Shown: positions 1-10,834, counted from the first letter of the stretch. The stretch: 64,000 nucleotides of DNA from an uncultured Verrucomicrobiae bacterium (GCA_963702845.1 OY969763.1:1920001-1984000), one strand, 5' to 3'. A program made the numbers and translations. The notes: generated from the sequence alone by a model not told the origin.

Positions 1-53
1 CGGCCCTTGCCAGCTTCCGCCAATTGCGCGATATGGTCGTCAAGAATGGCCAT
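1..53 (-). CDS. 5' end of a gene downstream of the Ubl gene, possibly an E2-like protein (runs off the window)
   Basis: ATG at 53 reads MAILDDHIAQLAEAGKG..., 12 nt after the Ubl stop. Identity is inferred from position only. Confidence 0.4.
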   Translation of the reverse strand, partial: MAILDDHIAQLAEAGKG

Positions 54-65
54 GGATCAGTTTTT

Positions 66-338
66 TTAAACGTAACGGCCCATGGTAGCCGGCGGAATTG
101 CATAAAAATGTATGTGTTCCTTAATCGCCAGTGCTTCTGTGTCTCCAATGAGCTTGTCCGGGTGATCGCCCTGTTCTTCGAGGTACAGTTGATAACCGGC
201 GTCAATATGAGCTAACGCTTTGATTTCTGATCCCGTCATACTCGTCTTATCCACCTCGTACTTGACCGCATCGATGAAGATCGTGAATCTGTGCTTTTTT
301 TCTGCGGGATTTCCGCCATGTTCCTGTTCTGTTGGCAT
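66..338 (-). CDS. Ubiquitin-like (multi-ubiquitin/beta-grasp) protein
   Basis: FTIFIDAVKYEV..SMTGSEIKALA...YQLYLE...DKLIGD...HFYAIPPATMG pattern. Resembles the Ubl at 33291. Confidence 0.75.
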   Translation of the reverse strand: MPTEQEHGGNPAEKKHRFTIFIDAVKYEVDKTSMTGSEIKALAHIDAGYQLYLEEQGDHPDKLIGDTEALAIKEHIHFYAIPPATMGRYV

Positions 339-751
339 ATAGTTTCCATGAATTTAGGTTTCACGGATGCATTGTCTGCTCTCCGCTCCAGTGTTGCGAA
401 TGAACCGCGGCACGTTACAGCCAAAAACGAGACAAGTAAACCGTTTTGGATATCGGACAAATCCAAACAGTCGCGTAGAAGTTCAATAGATTTGCCACAG
501 CACCAAATACCGGGTTCTTAAGTTCTTTCGTGGATTACTCATAGCGGAAGCATAATTTCAAAGATCGGACGGCGTGATTTCGCGGCCGTCTTCTGTTCCT
601 CGAACCATGCCGGATCTGGATGTCGTTCTCCCTGCGTATCTGGTAATCACGTTTCGCTGCGCGACGAGCGAAACGCCTTCCGCGCCTTCATGCACGGAAA
701 GACGCGGATGTAGCGAATTGATGCGCGATTAACGAATAATCGAACGCATTC

Positions 752-987
752 ATTGTGAACCATCGTTCCTGAATCTCGCTTGTACGGCTGTGAGGCTTCT
801 GCTAACTTGGTCCCTGTGGTTTACGGGGAATGCCAACGAACTTCCCATTGCGGGCGCGTTTGGGTTTCGGGACTGTTGGTTTGTTCGGATCGAACGGAAA
901 GCGCGCGAAGATAGGTGAGTGCGGGTCGAGGTTTTTCCAGACGTTTTTTTAATGCTGATTTCAGTCGTTTAGTTCGATCTTCGTCCA
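752..987 (-). repeat. Copy 1 of a dispersed gene 3'-end remnant ('DEDRT' fragment) plus downstream motif
   Basis: With one frameshift it reads DEDRTKRLKSALKNVWKNLDPHSPIFARFPFDPN. The 20 nt tttagttcgatcttcgtcca (968-987) is identical to 59663-59682. Confidence 0.8.
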
Positions 988-1106
988 TTCCCCGCTTTCC
1001 CAGAATAGTTATACAGCATCCATACAATTTGATACGATTCCCACAATACAGCATCGTCTCAAAACGGCCTTGCATTTACCGTTCCAAGCAGCACAGTCAG
1101 AAAACT

Positions 1107-1568
1107 ATGATTCCCCTAGGACTTCCCGTACGAACGTTTATTCATTGCTCACTCGTCTTATGCATCTGTTGGATATTGAGTGGTTGTGCTGGCCATCATA
1201 AAATTGACGCGGCAGACCAAAGGATCGTGTCGGTCGACTTTGTCGTCAGAGTGAATAATGAAAATTTCGTGGTACGGCTGGTAAAACCAGATCAGATCGC
1301 CGTTGCTCGTGCCCGCCTGAATGGAACCAAGCCGCAGGGAATAATTAGTGGACATTTGGTAAACGGCGACGGCGGATTCAATCGTGATCCTGATTCGAAT
1401 ACACACTGGTCGTGGCACATCGATCCTAACACTGTCTCATTTCCGCAAATCGCCATGGAAGTGTGCGACGGCAGACCGTCAGACGTCGAAAGCAACAAAT
1501 CGCATTGGATTACCAGTGTAAAAATGTTTTGTCCGTGGTCGGCGAAAGTGATTCGTGAGCTGAAATAG
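1107..1568 (+). CDS. Lipoprotein, BP74-related small domain
   Basis: Lipobox ILSGC; motifs WSWHIDP, EVCDGRPSDVE and FCPWS. Start moved to the ATG at 1107 because the upstream part of the ORF overlaps the repeat. Confidence 0.65.
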   Translation: MIPLGLPVRTFIHCSLVLCICWILSGCAGHHKIDAADQRIVSVDFVVRVNNENFVVRLVKPDQIAVARARLNGTKPQGIISGHLVNGDGGFNRDPDSNTHWSWHIDPNTVSFPQIAMEVCDGRPSDVESNKSHWITSVKMFCPWSAKVIRELK

Positions 1569-1600
1569 GCATTAAACTTGATGCTCTGACTCCTCGGTTA

Positions 1601-2521
1601 TTACGCGTCGGAGGCTTGCGACAACTTGGATAAATACGATAACAGGTTTGCCACAATTGTTAGAATGCTCTGCGCTTCCAGTTGATCGAGCACAGCCGAA
1701 GAAGTGTGGTGGGCCTGGTTGGTTGGTCCTCGCACAACAGTAAGCGAGTTGTTGAGCCAGTCATAAGTCGGTTTCCCTAACCTAGTTTGCCACGAGGTCT
1801 TCAGTTGCATCACTTTGCTTTTGTCGGTCCCATTCACCACTTCCATCAGGGGATCGAGCACGATACGACATTGCGCCACGGCCTCTCTGTATAATCCCTG
1901 GTTGTGCAAGGTGATTGCATGGCGCAAAGCGCCGTGCGATTCCTTCAATTCCGCACAGTTGTCGACGGCGATTCCAGGAAGCTCGATGACATACACCGAC
2001 TCTATCTTTAGCTGGTCCAAGAACATGATCCAGCGGTCCCTCGGAATGACGAACGACAGGGAAGTGCTTAACAAGTGTGCTTCCACGAATCCCCAAACGC
2101 GTTGGGCGAACTGTCCGGTCGTCGAACCAACGGAGTGCAAACGTTCGGTCTTGAGTTTGCAATCCAACCGCATACGGACTTCTCCGCCATTGCGCTTGCG
2201 ATTGAGTGCTCGCAGGTCGGATGCGGCGATAGGAATTTCTATAAACAGTTGTTCCTTTGATCGCGTTTCACCTGCGCCCAACGTCGTATTAGTCTCGGCA
2301 ACAGTCGTGTAGGCAATATAGGTCGAATCGAACGCTGATAGGCGACCCTGGAAGTGTCGGAAACAGATAGACCCGCCGGGCCAATTGGGACAACGGAAAG
2401 CGCTCACAGCCGGAATTACTATAATCGGGTGTTCCGCCGAGCCCGTGCAATAGATGGTGTTAGGATCAACAGATAATTCGGCGACTATTTCGCCGTTAGG
2501 AAGCGCAAAGGAATCAGCCAT
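1601..2521 (-). CDS. Hypothetical protein with possible C-terminal HEPN-like helical domain
   Basis: 306 aa; C-terminal YREAVAQCRIVL...RGPTNQAHH...EAQSILTIV pattern. Confidence 0.55.
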   Translation of the reverse strand: MADSFALPNGEIVAELSVDPNTIYCTGSAEHPIIVIPAVSAFRCPNWPGGSICFRHFQGRLSAFDSTYIAYTTVAETNTTLGAGETRSKEQLFIEIPIAASDLRALNRKRNGGEVRMRLDCKLKTERLHSVGSTTGQFAQRVWGFVEAHLLSTSLSFVIPRDRWIMFLDQLKIESVYVIELPGIAVDNCAELKESHGALRHAITLHNQGLYREAVAQCRIVLDPLMEVVNGTDKSKVMQLKTSWQTRLGKPTYDWLNNSLTVVRGPTNQAHHTSSAVLDQLEAQSILTIVANLLSYLSKLSQASDA

Positions 2522-2647
2522 AATAAGCGGTTAGCGTTTCACTGTCTCATACGCAAAGTTGGCATGCAGTTCCAACATTGTGCTTGGGGCTTTTGACGCT
2601 TTCAATCGAATCCTATTGCAGGTTTGCAGACCGAGACTGTCTTGCTT

Positions 2648-3589
2648 TTATCCAAGGGAACGGCTGCCTTCAGATCTCACCTCTCGAATGAACGTCTCGC
2701 AGGTCCAAACAACTTGGCTCTTGGGCGTTTTTCGGCTGTAAAAATTCTCGGCGATCAGCGCATTCGCCATGTGCGACGGGGAGTCCCATAGCTCGGGATG
2801 ATCGCGGACGAAGGATATTTTTTCCTGTGTTTTTAATGTGCGCTCGGCGGGAATCTGGTTAAACGAATTAAATACGGCCTGTTTGCCAGCTTCTGAAAGC
2901 AACTCCGTCAAATCGGTGCCGGCAAAATCTAAAAATCGCTTGGCGATGGGTCTAGAAAGATCGTTGTAATTTGGTGAGACAACTTCCGGAGTTGATATTT
3001 CGATCTGTGGGGCCAGATACCGAATCGAAATTGCGTGGATGTATTTGTTAATCGGTTTTGTGGTTCGGTGTTTTGGAAATACCCAAGCTATTCTCACCGT
3101 TACCCATTTCGCGTGGCGTTTGAAGGCTGTGACAGTAAATCCGCGTTGAGCCAAATCGGGGCGAAGGAAGGAAAATGAACTACTTTTTATCTTAGCCAGT
3201 CCCACATGTCGCGGCGGGAGTAGAGGTTCTAAATCGATTAGTAAATCAATAATGTCACAGGGTACTTCCACTTGCGTGTAAATCTCGTTCAACACGGGGA
3301 CAAGGCGGACAAGATGTTGTGAATCTATGACGGATGGTGAATCAGTTTTTGCATAAAAACTGAACGGGACCTGATCTGGTAGCAGGTAAAGATTATACAG
3401 AGGAAACCAGAAGTCCCGGGATCTAATGAGAATATCGGCGCTGAATTTCGTTTCACTGGTCGCCCCTTCAATCTTCAGGCCGGAAAAACAAAGTGATTGT
3501 GAAAACCGACCGGTTCTCGGACTTGGAGAAATATATGGCCCCGCAAAAAAACGGTTGCCGAGCTCATGTTGTAGGGCGTCCCAAGACAT
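2648..3589 (-). CDS. Hypothetical protein
   Basis: 313 aa ORF with no recognised motif. Confidence 0.6.
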   Translation of the reverse strand: MSWDALQHELGNRFFAGPYISPSPRTGRFSQSLCFSGLKIEGATSETKFSADILIRSRDFWFPLYNLYLLPDQVPFSFYAKTDSPSVIDSQHLVRLVPVLNEIYTQVEVPCDIIDLLIDLEPLLPPRHVGLAKIKSSSFSFLRPDLAQRGFTVTAFKRHAKWVTVRIAWVFPKHRTTKPINKYIHAISIRYLAPQIEISTPEVVSPNYNDLSRPIAKRFLDFAGTDLTELLSEAGKQAVFNSFNQIPAERTLKTQEKISFVRDHPELWDSPSHMANALIAENFYSRKTPKSQVVWTCETFIREVRSEGSRSLG

Positions 3590-3803
3590 CAGAGCGCTAC
3601 GGTAATGAAAATGAACCGCACTGATAAAGCATAAGTTATCGCTGAAACTCGAACTTTTGACCTCATGTGCTGTGACACGGCCGCATTTGGCGAACGGGAA
3701 TTGAACTCTGGCAAGAGGAATAGGATGTTGCTATAAAATGCTTCTCACAAATCTAACAACAGGATAGCACTTCGAAGACAATAACACAGGCCAACGCGCA
3801 GAA

Positions 3804-5036
3804 ATGCTTCGACGTCTGAGCGGAGCATCTAATAACAATGACGTAATTGAATGGTGGGGCCGGTATCGTCCGAAACTTCGGGGTGCCAGCCTTATATTCA
3901 GTGTTCCTAGAGCGTCTCCGTTTGGCAATAGAGTCAAAAGCCGTTTTGGAACCGGGGCCGAAGTAATTTCGGCTTTCGCATATGACGGGTATTTCTTTTT
4001 GAACGATCGGATCTTTGAGGACATCCGCCGGGGTAAAAAAAGCGATATCAAGGTTTCGTACCTAATGTCCTTCGATTGCAATGCTGCCAGTCATGTGCGC
4101 GCGTTGCTCCGTGGAATTCAAGGTAGTTCTGCCTTACATGACATGCGGGAACTCATGCTCCATTTCGGAGGTAACCATTTTAATTGGCAGATATTGCCGT
4201 ACTTGCTTGAAACTTCGGTGCAGTCTGAAGACCAGCTAACGTCGCAAGCTGTTTTCGAGACAGTCCTCGCAGCCACGAGACTTGAGGACATCGACACCGA
4301 ACACTTTCTAAAAAGCGGCAGGCTCCGACAACGGACTTCCGATGCAGCGATTTACGACAAAGCTCGTAACGATCTGCGACGGTTTCAATCGAATCTCGCT
4401 CTTTGCCAGCCACTGAAAGATTTGTGGCAGTCGATTTATGTATGCGTATTGAAGTGTGCAGTTCTTGAGTTGAGCTTTCCGGGACCGCGCTATTGCGCCA
4501 AAAAGATGATCAAGTTTGTAGAGTTCATGCACGAGCACCTCAGAAGCATGATGACCACGCTTTTGAAGTTGGCCTATCTGTGGTTCCACAGCGCACCAGA
4601 AGCTGGGTTATTTTCACCGCTTAGCGGAACGAACCCGAATTTAGTCAAAAAAGCGAAAAATATCGCCTGGGACATTTACCATCTCATGCGACTACCGCAG
4701 GAGTGTATACAACCAAACGACGCTGATTTCCTCATCCCCTATTTTTTAACCTTCGACCAAAAACTCGCGCGGCTCATGAAAGTGTGTGGTTTGAAGCTTT
4801 GCCTGATCCAGCCTGATCGCAACATGCCTTTTTCAGTCCAAGACGTCGACATCGGCCCGGTTCTAAATTTTTTGAGCAGCGTAGATTTGACGTTCAGCGG
4901 CAAGTATTTCACTGTCGATGCGCACCGGTCCAGAGCTGAAACTCTTGCTTCGGGCTGGCAAGCGGATTTGGACGGACTGATGGAGAAATACGAAATGGAA
5001 CTCGCCGGTTACGAGCAAAACGTTAGTTCCGGTTAG
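3804..5036 (+). CDS. Hypothetical protein, possibly PIN-like fold
   Basis: 410 aa; acidic motifs FDCN, YLLE, NIAWDIYH and FLTFDQKL are spaced like PIN-domain acidic residues. Confidence 0.55.
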   Translation: MLRRLSGASNNNDVIEWWGRYRPKLRGASLIFSVPRASPFGNRVKSRFGTGAEVISAFAYDGYFFLNDRIFEDIRRGKKSDIKVSYLMSFDCNAASHVRALLRGIQGSSALHDMRELMLHFGGNHFNWQILPYLLETSVQSEDQLTSQAVFETVLAATRLEDIDTEHFLKSGRLRQRTSDAAIYDKARNDLRRFQSNLALCQPLKDLWQSIYVCVLKCAVLELSFPGPRYCAKKMIKFVEFMHEHLRSMMTTLLKLAYLWFHSAPEAGLFSPLSGTNPNLVKKAKNIAWDIYHLMRLPQECIQPNDADFLIPYFLTFDQKLARLMKVCGLKLCLIQPDRNMPFSVQDVDIGPVLNFLSSVDLTFSGKYFTVDAHRSRAETLASGWQADLDGLMEKYEMELAGYEQNVSSG

Positions 5037-5140
5037 TTCGACCTACCGAAATCTTCTAAATTGCAGCGCCTCGGTCTGGATAAGACGGATCTCGCGAATT
5101 CAATTACTCGGCGGAACGGTATTTATATTGACTGAAGACA

Positions 5141-6985
5141 TTGGTTCAGGACAACTTCGCTCGGTCAGCCGCATTATTTCCGATGAATACAGTCGCCAGG
5201 GGTATCAACCTCGTCATGAGAATTCTTTCTGGTCGCTTGAGGATTTTTGTGATCGGTTTTTCGGTCATTCTGTTTGGTGCGATGGCGTTCATGGGCTGGG
5301 CCAGTCGCGAAAATGAGCATGTGAATAGTGTCGTTCGTGCCGTCGGATCGATCGGGCACATCTATGGAGGACCGCAACCTGATTCCCTTGGGTCACATGT
5401 GTTATACATGCAGGCCACAGACAGCGGTATGGGGGTGGTATCATACGTAACCGCCAGCGGGAAAGCGGAGCTTCTGTGCGAGGAACAATTAACGAACAAG
5501 TTTGAGTTGCATAGCGCTGCCATCTACGTGTCGCCTAGTGATCAAAATTTTGCATTTGTTTTTAACAAGGGCGCGTCAGGTTGGATTTCGATTCGGCACT
5601 TTCAATCTGGACAAGAGGACAGTCGTTTAGAGATTCCAGAGAGAGAGATTCAGCAGATTGTATGGCTTACCAGTAAGCGGTTCGTGTGTGTCAGTAAAAC
5701 ACTGCGTGGTAGCGACGACGCTGATAGCAAGAGTTACTTGCAATTGATCGAGAAATTAGGAGATCAGGGATGGGGTAGCAGGAACTTGAATGTTACCTTG
5801 GTAAACGCGTCCGGTTTTGTTGCCTTATCCGATAACACAGTCGCTTGGGTTACAAATGATGGAATTCAGTCAATGACCATTGAGACCAATCAACCCACGG
5901 TTCTCTTCGCTCCCAACGATTGGCATATCAAACACTTTTCCTATTCTCGAAACAACCAAAGCTTATTAATTACTTGCACAACTAATATTTCTACAACAGC
6001 ACCCAATACGCGTGACTCGGCTGGTGGTGAAAAAGAATCCAATCCTAACCTATTTCGGGCCAGCTTGGAATCAGGCAAAGTGACTCAAGTAAAACACTTG
6101 TCCAGGGACACTGAAATTCGAAACGCTCAGTGGATCTATCCCACGGAAGGTTATGTTTATCAAAAGGGCGATTTTTTACATATCAGGGAGAGTGCTGAAT
6201 CAAAAGTTACGATATTAGGGAACAAGAAGGTGCTGCGGTTTGCTGTATGTTCGCGAAATCCCTTCTTAGTTGCTCGCGATTTAGGAGGGGACGACCATTT
6301 GTGGAATTACGACTTCCGATCGCAAAAATGGACAAAAAACGCGTCATCTCTGAAAGAAGCCAGCATTCATACGAAAACAGTCAAACCTGTAGTATGTGTT
6401 TCGGCAAAATACGATTACCAAGTTTACAGGCCACTCGAAGGCCTCCACCTCAGAAGACATCCTTTAGTTATTTGCGACACGCTGCGGCTTTTTCGTTTCA
6501 AGGAGAACGCACCGCCTTGGGCGAACGCATTGGCGAACTGTGGCGCGTACGTTGTAATCGTCAATCATAAGACGGGGGTTCCCTTGCAAAAATGGGCTGA
6601 AAACCTTACCAACATCTATAATGGCATCTTACTCGCGCATCACGACATTGATCCGAAACAGGTATATCTGTTCGGGCAGGCTTCGGATTTTATGTGTTCC
6701 ATTTTAGAAAAAAGGCCGGAACCTTGGAGAGGGGCCGTGTTTATTTCCCCAAAGAATTTGCCGAAAGTAGCGATTCTTGGAAATGTCGGTCAACGATTGC
6801 CCAGAATACTTGTCAATACTAGCGGCGAAGAGCCGCTTCTTACACGTGACTGGATTGAACATTATCGCGATGTAGCGTTTGCCCATGGAATGGCTGTAGA
6901 ACTTCATGTGCGCAGTAAAGAGGTTTCTACGACGTCGCTGCGCGATGACATTCACAGTCTAATAGGATTTATATTCAACGAGTAA
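5141..6985 (+). CDS. Membrane-anchored beta-propeller + alpha/beta-hydrolase-fold (S9-like) protein with degenerate active site
   Basis: N-terminal TM, propeller-like repeats, HPLVI, IDPKQVYLFGQAS (no GxSxG). Start codon uncertain. Confidence 0.65.
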   Translation: MVQDNFARSAALFPMNTVARGINLVMRILSGRLRIFVIGFSVILFGAMAFMGWASRENEHVNSVVRAVGSIGHIYGGPQPDSLGSHVLYMQATDSGMGVVSYVTASGKAELLCEEQLTNKFELHSAAIYVSPSDQNFAFVFNKGASGWISIRHFQSGQEDSRLEIPEREIQQIVWLTSKRFVCVSKTLRGSDDADSKSYLQLIEKLGDQGWGSRNLNVTLVNASGFVALSDNTVAWVTNDGIQSMTIETNQPTVLFAPNDWHIKHFSYSRNNQSLLITCTTNISTTAPNTRDSAGGEKESNPNLFRASLESGKVTQVKHLSRDTEIRNAQWIYPTEGYVYQKGDFLHIRESAESKVTILGNKKVLRFAVCSRNPFLVARDLGGDDHLWNYDFRSQKWTKNASSLKEASIHTKTVKPVVCVSAKYDYQVYRPLEGLHLRRHPLVICDTLRLFRFKENAPPWANALANCGAYVVIVNHKTGVPLQKWAENLTNIYNGILLAHHDIDPKQVYLFGQASDFMCSILEKRPEPWRGAVFISPKNLPKVAILGNVGQRLPRILVNTSGEEPLLTRDWIEHYRDVAFAHGMAVELHVRSKEVSTTSLRDDIHSLIGFIFNE

Positions 6986-6989
6986 TCAC

Positions 6990-7649
6990 TTGATGAAATC
7001 GCCCGATGATTCTCCGATAATAAAAAAAATGGTAAGGGAAAAGGCCCGAGAGCGTTGCCGCAGATTTCTGCCCGTTTTCTTGGTGTGCGTTGGAATGATC
7101 CTTATCTGTGGCGCGGCCACCGATATTGCTCACCCATTCAGCAAACTGCAGGTCTGGGATTTGAAAGATCCGTTATTAAGCATTCGTTGGCGGTACCTCG
7201 TGTTCGGTTACGACTTACTGAAACTGATAGTCGCATGTTTATGTCTCGCCGCAGTCACATCGCGCGTAGCCTCGTCCAGTTCGCGGCTTCCCCTCTTGTG
7301 CCTGTCATGTGTAAGCTGGTTTTGCGGTGCCGTTCTCGCATATCGCGGCGGGTTGTGGGCGATGGGACAGTGTCACCCATGGGCATTCGTTGCCTCTGTT
7401 TCCGAGCGTTTCAACTTATCGCCGCCGGAAGCAGATTTAGTAACGGTAGGCACATTAAGCATTTTGTTTGTTTGTAGCTCAACGCTTCTAGTTTTTGCGC
7501 CAGTATCGAAGCCGCAGCCCCAGTCAGCTTATGTCAAGATTTCATGCGAGTATTGCAGTGGCCATATCGAAGTCCCAGCAGACGCATTAGGCAAGCAAAA
7601 TCCCTGTCCGCATTGCAAACGTGACATCATCCTTGCTGAACCCGCATAG
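6990..7649 (+). CDS. Membrane protein with C-terminal zinc ribbon
   Basis: About four hydrophobic segments followed by CEYCSGHIEVP...CPHC. Confidence 0.7.
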   Translation: MMKSPDDSPIIKKMVREKARERCRRFLPVFLVCVGMILICGAATDIAHPFSKLQVWDLKDPLLSIRWRYLVFGYDLLKLIVACLCLAAVTSRVASSSSRLPLLCLSCVSWFCGAVLAYRGGLWAMGQCHPWAFVASVSERFNLSPPEADLVTVGTLSILFVCSSTLLVFAPVSKPQPQSAYVKISCEYCSGHIEVPADALGKQNPCPHCKRDIILAEPA

Positions 7650-9405
7650 TCATATGTCTTTGAGTTCACGACTATCACAGCCTCGGATTAAGATTGCCAG
7701 TGCCATCACCATTGCAGCATTAGCCAGCTGCCTTTTTTGGCATTACTCGGATAATTCGATTGCGAAGCCATCGCAGGATTATATTGAAGCAGTTGCTAAG
7801 GACGTCACGTCAGAAGGCGAATTCGTTAAGGCACCGGTCATAAACCATGCAGGCACAGAAATCGCTTTCGCACGATGCACTCTCAACGGGCGTAGCGTTG
7901 AACTGTTGGACTTGGGGAGCGGAAAAACCAGGACCGTACGCACGCAAAGTGTAGTAAACTACCCACTTGGATACTCACCTGATGATAAGCAGCTGTTATT
8001 TAGTGCTTTCGGCTCAAAAAGAATTAATCTTGTCGAGCGTCCTGGCACTCAAATTCGCCATCTCGCGGGCGAAATGCCGACCGCAGCCGTTTGGCTAAAC
8101 ACTAATTCGTTTGTTATGCATTCCGAGACAGGACTCCGGCGTGTTGTAATTCATCCGTCCAGCTTTGAAAGCAAATCACTCAATCTCGGTGAGAAGATAT
8201 TGGGAATAGCGGCTATGTCTGATGGTAAGATTGCAATATTGGGTGAATCAATGCTGTTCACGGTAGAGTTGGAGACCGGCGCGCGCCACACGTTGTTTTC
8301 GTTTTCGAACCAATTATCTGAGTCGCAATGGTTGCAATACTCGTTAGAGAAGAACGAATTTCTCTTTTGCGCTTGGGATGATGGCAACTGGCGACATTTG
8401 TATCGTTTGCAGTGGAGCGGCCAAGATTGGAGGTTAAACCAGGTGACATTTGACTCCGAGCACACGTACAATGCGAGGTGGATACAAAAAGGTAAGGGCA
8501 TCGCTTATATTTGCAACCACACAAACAGCTTCTCCCTAATCGTCCAGCCCGACGATCCAACTGCTAGAACGAATCTTTTTGTTAAAGGCCATATCTACGG
8601 CTACACGGTATCGAACGACGGCGAAAAGTTATACGCAATCGCTTCGGTTGATGTCGAACCGCTCGGCGTGTGGGAGTATAACATCAGAAAAAAGAACCTT
8701 CGTCGGGTAACTCCAGCAACAAAATTCAGCGCCACCGAGTTTATTCCGCGCTCCAAACATTGGGCTAAATCGCGCGATGGGATTGACATCGAATACTACA
8801 CAGTTCCACCCCGCAATCTTCAAAAGAACAAAAAATACCCTGTAATCATCTACATTCCGGTTTACGGAAATCAGGCATGTAAAGTCTGGGACGCCTTTTC
8901 CCAATTCTTCGGTAATATTGGAGTATACCATGTCGCCGTGAATTACCGCAGTTCTGATGGCTATGGCCGCAAATTTTCAAATCAAGATGATAGGCTTGCG
9001 TTTAATGACATCATCGCAGTGTACGACGAAATTACAAGAGATCCCACCGTGGACAAAAGCCGAGTATTTTTGATGGGCTTTTGCGGCGCACCGAAAATCG
9101 CAAACGATAGCATTGTGCAATATCCCGATCATTGGGCCGGCACTATTAGTATTCGCGGCATTCCTCCCGAACAGAACCCAATTGTGAGCCAACACATGCG
9201 TGTATTTTATTTCATTCCTGATATAGAAGGCTTCGTTAGTAAATCAAGCATTGACGAATTCGAAAATTGGATGAATGAGAGGCAAGTCTCAGGCACAGTT
9301 ATTGATTCGTCTCAACTTGTAGGAGCCAAAAATGCACGGGCGCTTGGAAATACCGAGATTGATCGGAAGACATTAGTCCTGTTATCTCAATTCATCTTTA
9401 ATTAA
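7621..9405 (+). CDS. Prolyl-oligopeptidase (S9)-like beta-propeller + hydrolase protein with Cys at the nucleophile elbow
   Basis: SRDGIDI, KKYPVIIYI, VNYRSSDGYGRKF, VDKSRVFLMGFCG. True start is probably the ATG at 7654. Confidence 0.8.
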   Translation: MTSSLLNPHSHMSLSSRLSQPRIKIASAITIAALASCLFWHYSDNSIAKPSQDYIEAVAKDVTSEGEFVKAPVINHAGTEIAFARCTLNGRSVELLDLGSGKTRTVRTQSVVNYPLGYSPDDKQLLFSAFGSKRINLVERPGTQIRHLAGEMPTAAVWLNTNSFVMHSETGLRRVVIHPSSFESKSLNLGEKILGIAAMSDGKIAILGESMLFTVELETGARHTLFSFSNQLSESQWLQYSLEKNEFLFCAWDDGNWRHLYRLQWSGQDWRLNQVTFDSEHTYNARWIQKGKGIAYICNHTNSFSLIVQPDDPTARTNLFVKGHIYGYTVSNDGEKLYAIASVDVEPLGVWEYNIRKKNLRRVTPATKFSATEFIPRSKHWAKSRDGIDIEYYTVPPRNLQKNKKYPVIIYIPVYGNQACKVWDAFSQFFGNIGVYHVAVNYRSSDGYGRKFSNQDDRLAFNDIIAVYDEITRDPTVDKSRVFLMGFCGAPKIANDSIVQYPDHWAGTISIRGIPPEQNPIVSQHMRVFYFIPDIEGFVSKSSIDEFENWMNERQVSGTVIDSSQLVGAKNARALGNTEIDRKTLVLLSQFIFN

Positions 9406-10834
9406 AGCGTATTTTGGCGGCTTTTGCCGCGATGGAGCGGCCACGGATGCACGTCAATTTTGTTCCCAGCGCTACCTTTGTGGTTTTCGATTCCTTGCAA
9501 CTCAAGCAATGTCCAAAACAAAATCGCCAAGGAGAATTGGAATAACGCTCCATCAAACCAAAAACCAAGAATAAAAACGATGGCGCAAGCAGCAGCCACA
9601 TTCCTACATCGCATGTTGTGCTTTGCGGATGAGACAATGTTAAGACGATTGACGATGTGATTGATTAATAAAATCAAGGCGGGTAGTCCGATAGAACCAG
9701 CCAACCAAAGATAGTCGTTGGTTTGGACGGTTGCCGCCGAGTCCACTCTGAAATCAGCATATGAACTGGCATAAAGGTCTGCATATTTGTTCCAACCACA
9801 GCCGAAAAATGGATGGTCCGCTATTAACTGAAGATATCGCGCCAAGCAAAAAGGCGATTGGCTGTCGAAAAATCGTTCCTGGTAAAGAACGACATTAATC
9901 GCGCAACCGGTGCAAAACTGCGACCGCAACCGATTAGGAGAGCCAGGATGATCGCCGATACAGCCAACCAAAAGATTATGTACAAAATGCGCCATCGAAT
10001 GCCACAGTTATGTCTCGAGTGCGACTGCGTCGAAGTGTTGATGTAAAAGGCTATGGCAACGCTTGCGCCAATCCAAGCACCACGCGATAAGCTCCTGACT
10101 AACGCGATTGCCAAGGTAAAGAAGGCACAAATTAAAATCAGAGTTCGTAAGGTATCGCACAACCTGCTTCGCCGACTTTCACTGGGCGTTCCTTCGTGTC
10201 GTGAACCAAACAGTGATTCGCGCATTGGTTTTGAATTGGCGAACAACCCGAAAGCTAGGATACATCCTACAGCAATGACAATCCCATACGAGTTGGGGTG
10301 GCCCCATAAACCAACGAGACGAATTTGTCCACGATACAGATACTTCGGAGCCCAAGGAGGTTGCCACAGCGAAAGGGCTAGGATGCCCGCTAAAAGGAAG
10401 TAAAAAAAGCTGCCGATTCGCTGTCGAAATACCGTCGACACTAGTACAGCAATTGTTCTCCCAATGCTAATTGCTGCTACAAATGATAGTGGGGCCACCG
10501 AGCGCGCAGAATTTTCGTAATCTATAAAATAGCCACCGGCGCAGATTGCCAGCATAGCTATAAGTCCATAATCGGATCGATTATATACCGAGCATGACAG
10601 CAAACTGACGGACAGCAATCTAACAGCGATGAAAAGGAAAAGGCAGAACAAAAACACTAGCCATTGCGTTTGTGTATCGCGGCAAGCAGCGGAAATGCTC
10701 ACCAAGGTTGGAAAACTCAAAAATCCGCCGCTTGCGACCGATTCTTCTGCCAGCATGCACAAAAACAAAGCAGCCACCACTAAAAGTGCAGCGCCGTGTT
10801 TGATAAGTGACGTGGCTAGTCGGGTTTGAAACAT
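9402..10834 (-). CDS. O-antigen ligase (Wzy_C) family membrane protein, split by a frameshift near 9835
   Basis: GLWGHPNSYG, SLSRGAWIG and NRLFAW in one frame; ADHPFFGCGW and NDYLWLAGSIGLP in the next. Confidence 0.85.

Noticed and set aside
640..712. Two adjacent hairpins in the intergenic region
   Set aside because: No recognisable RNA family and no second copy to show covariation.
915..1106. N-terminal extension of the 217 aa ORF
   Set aside because: Antisense to the DEDRT remnant; the lipoprotein signal starts at 1107.
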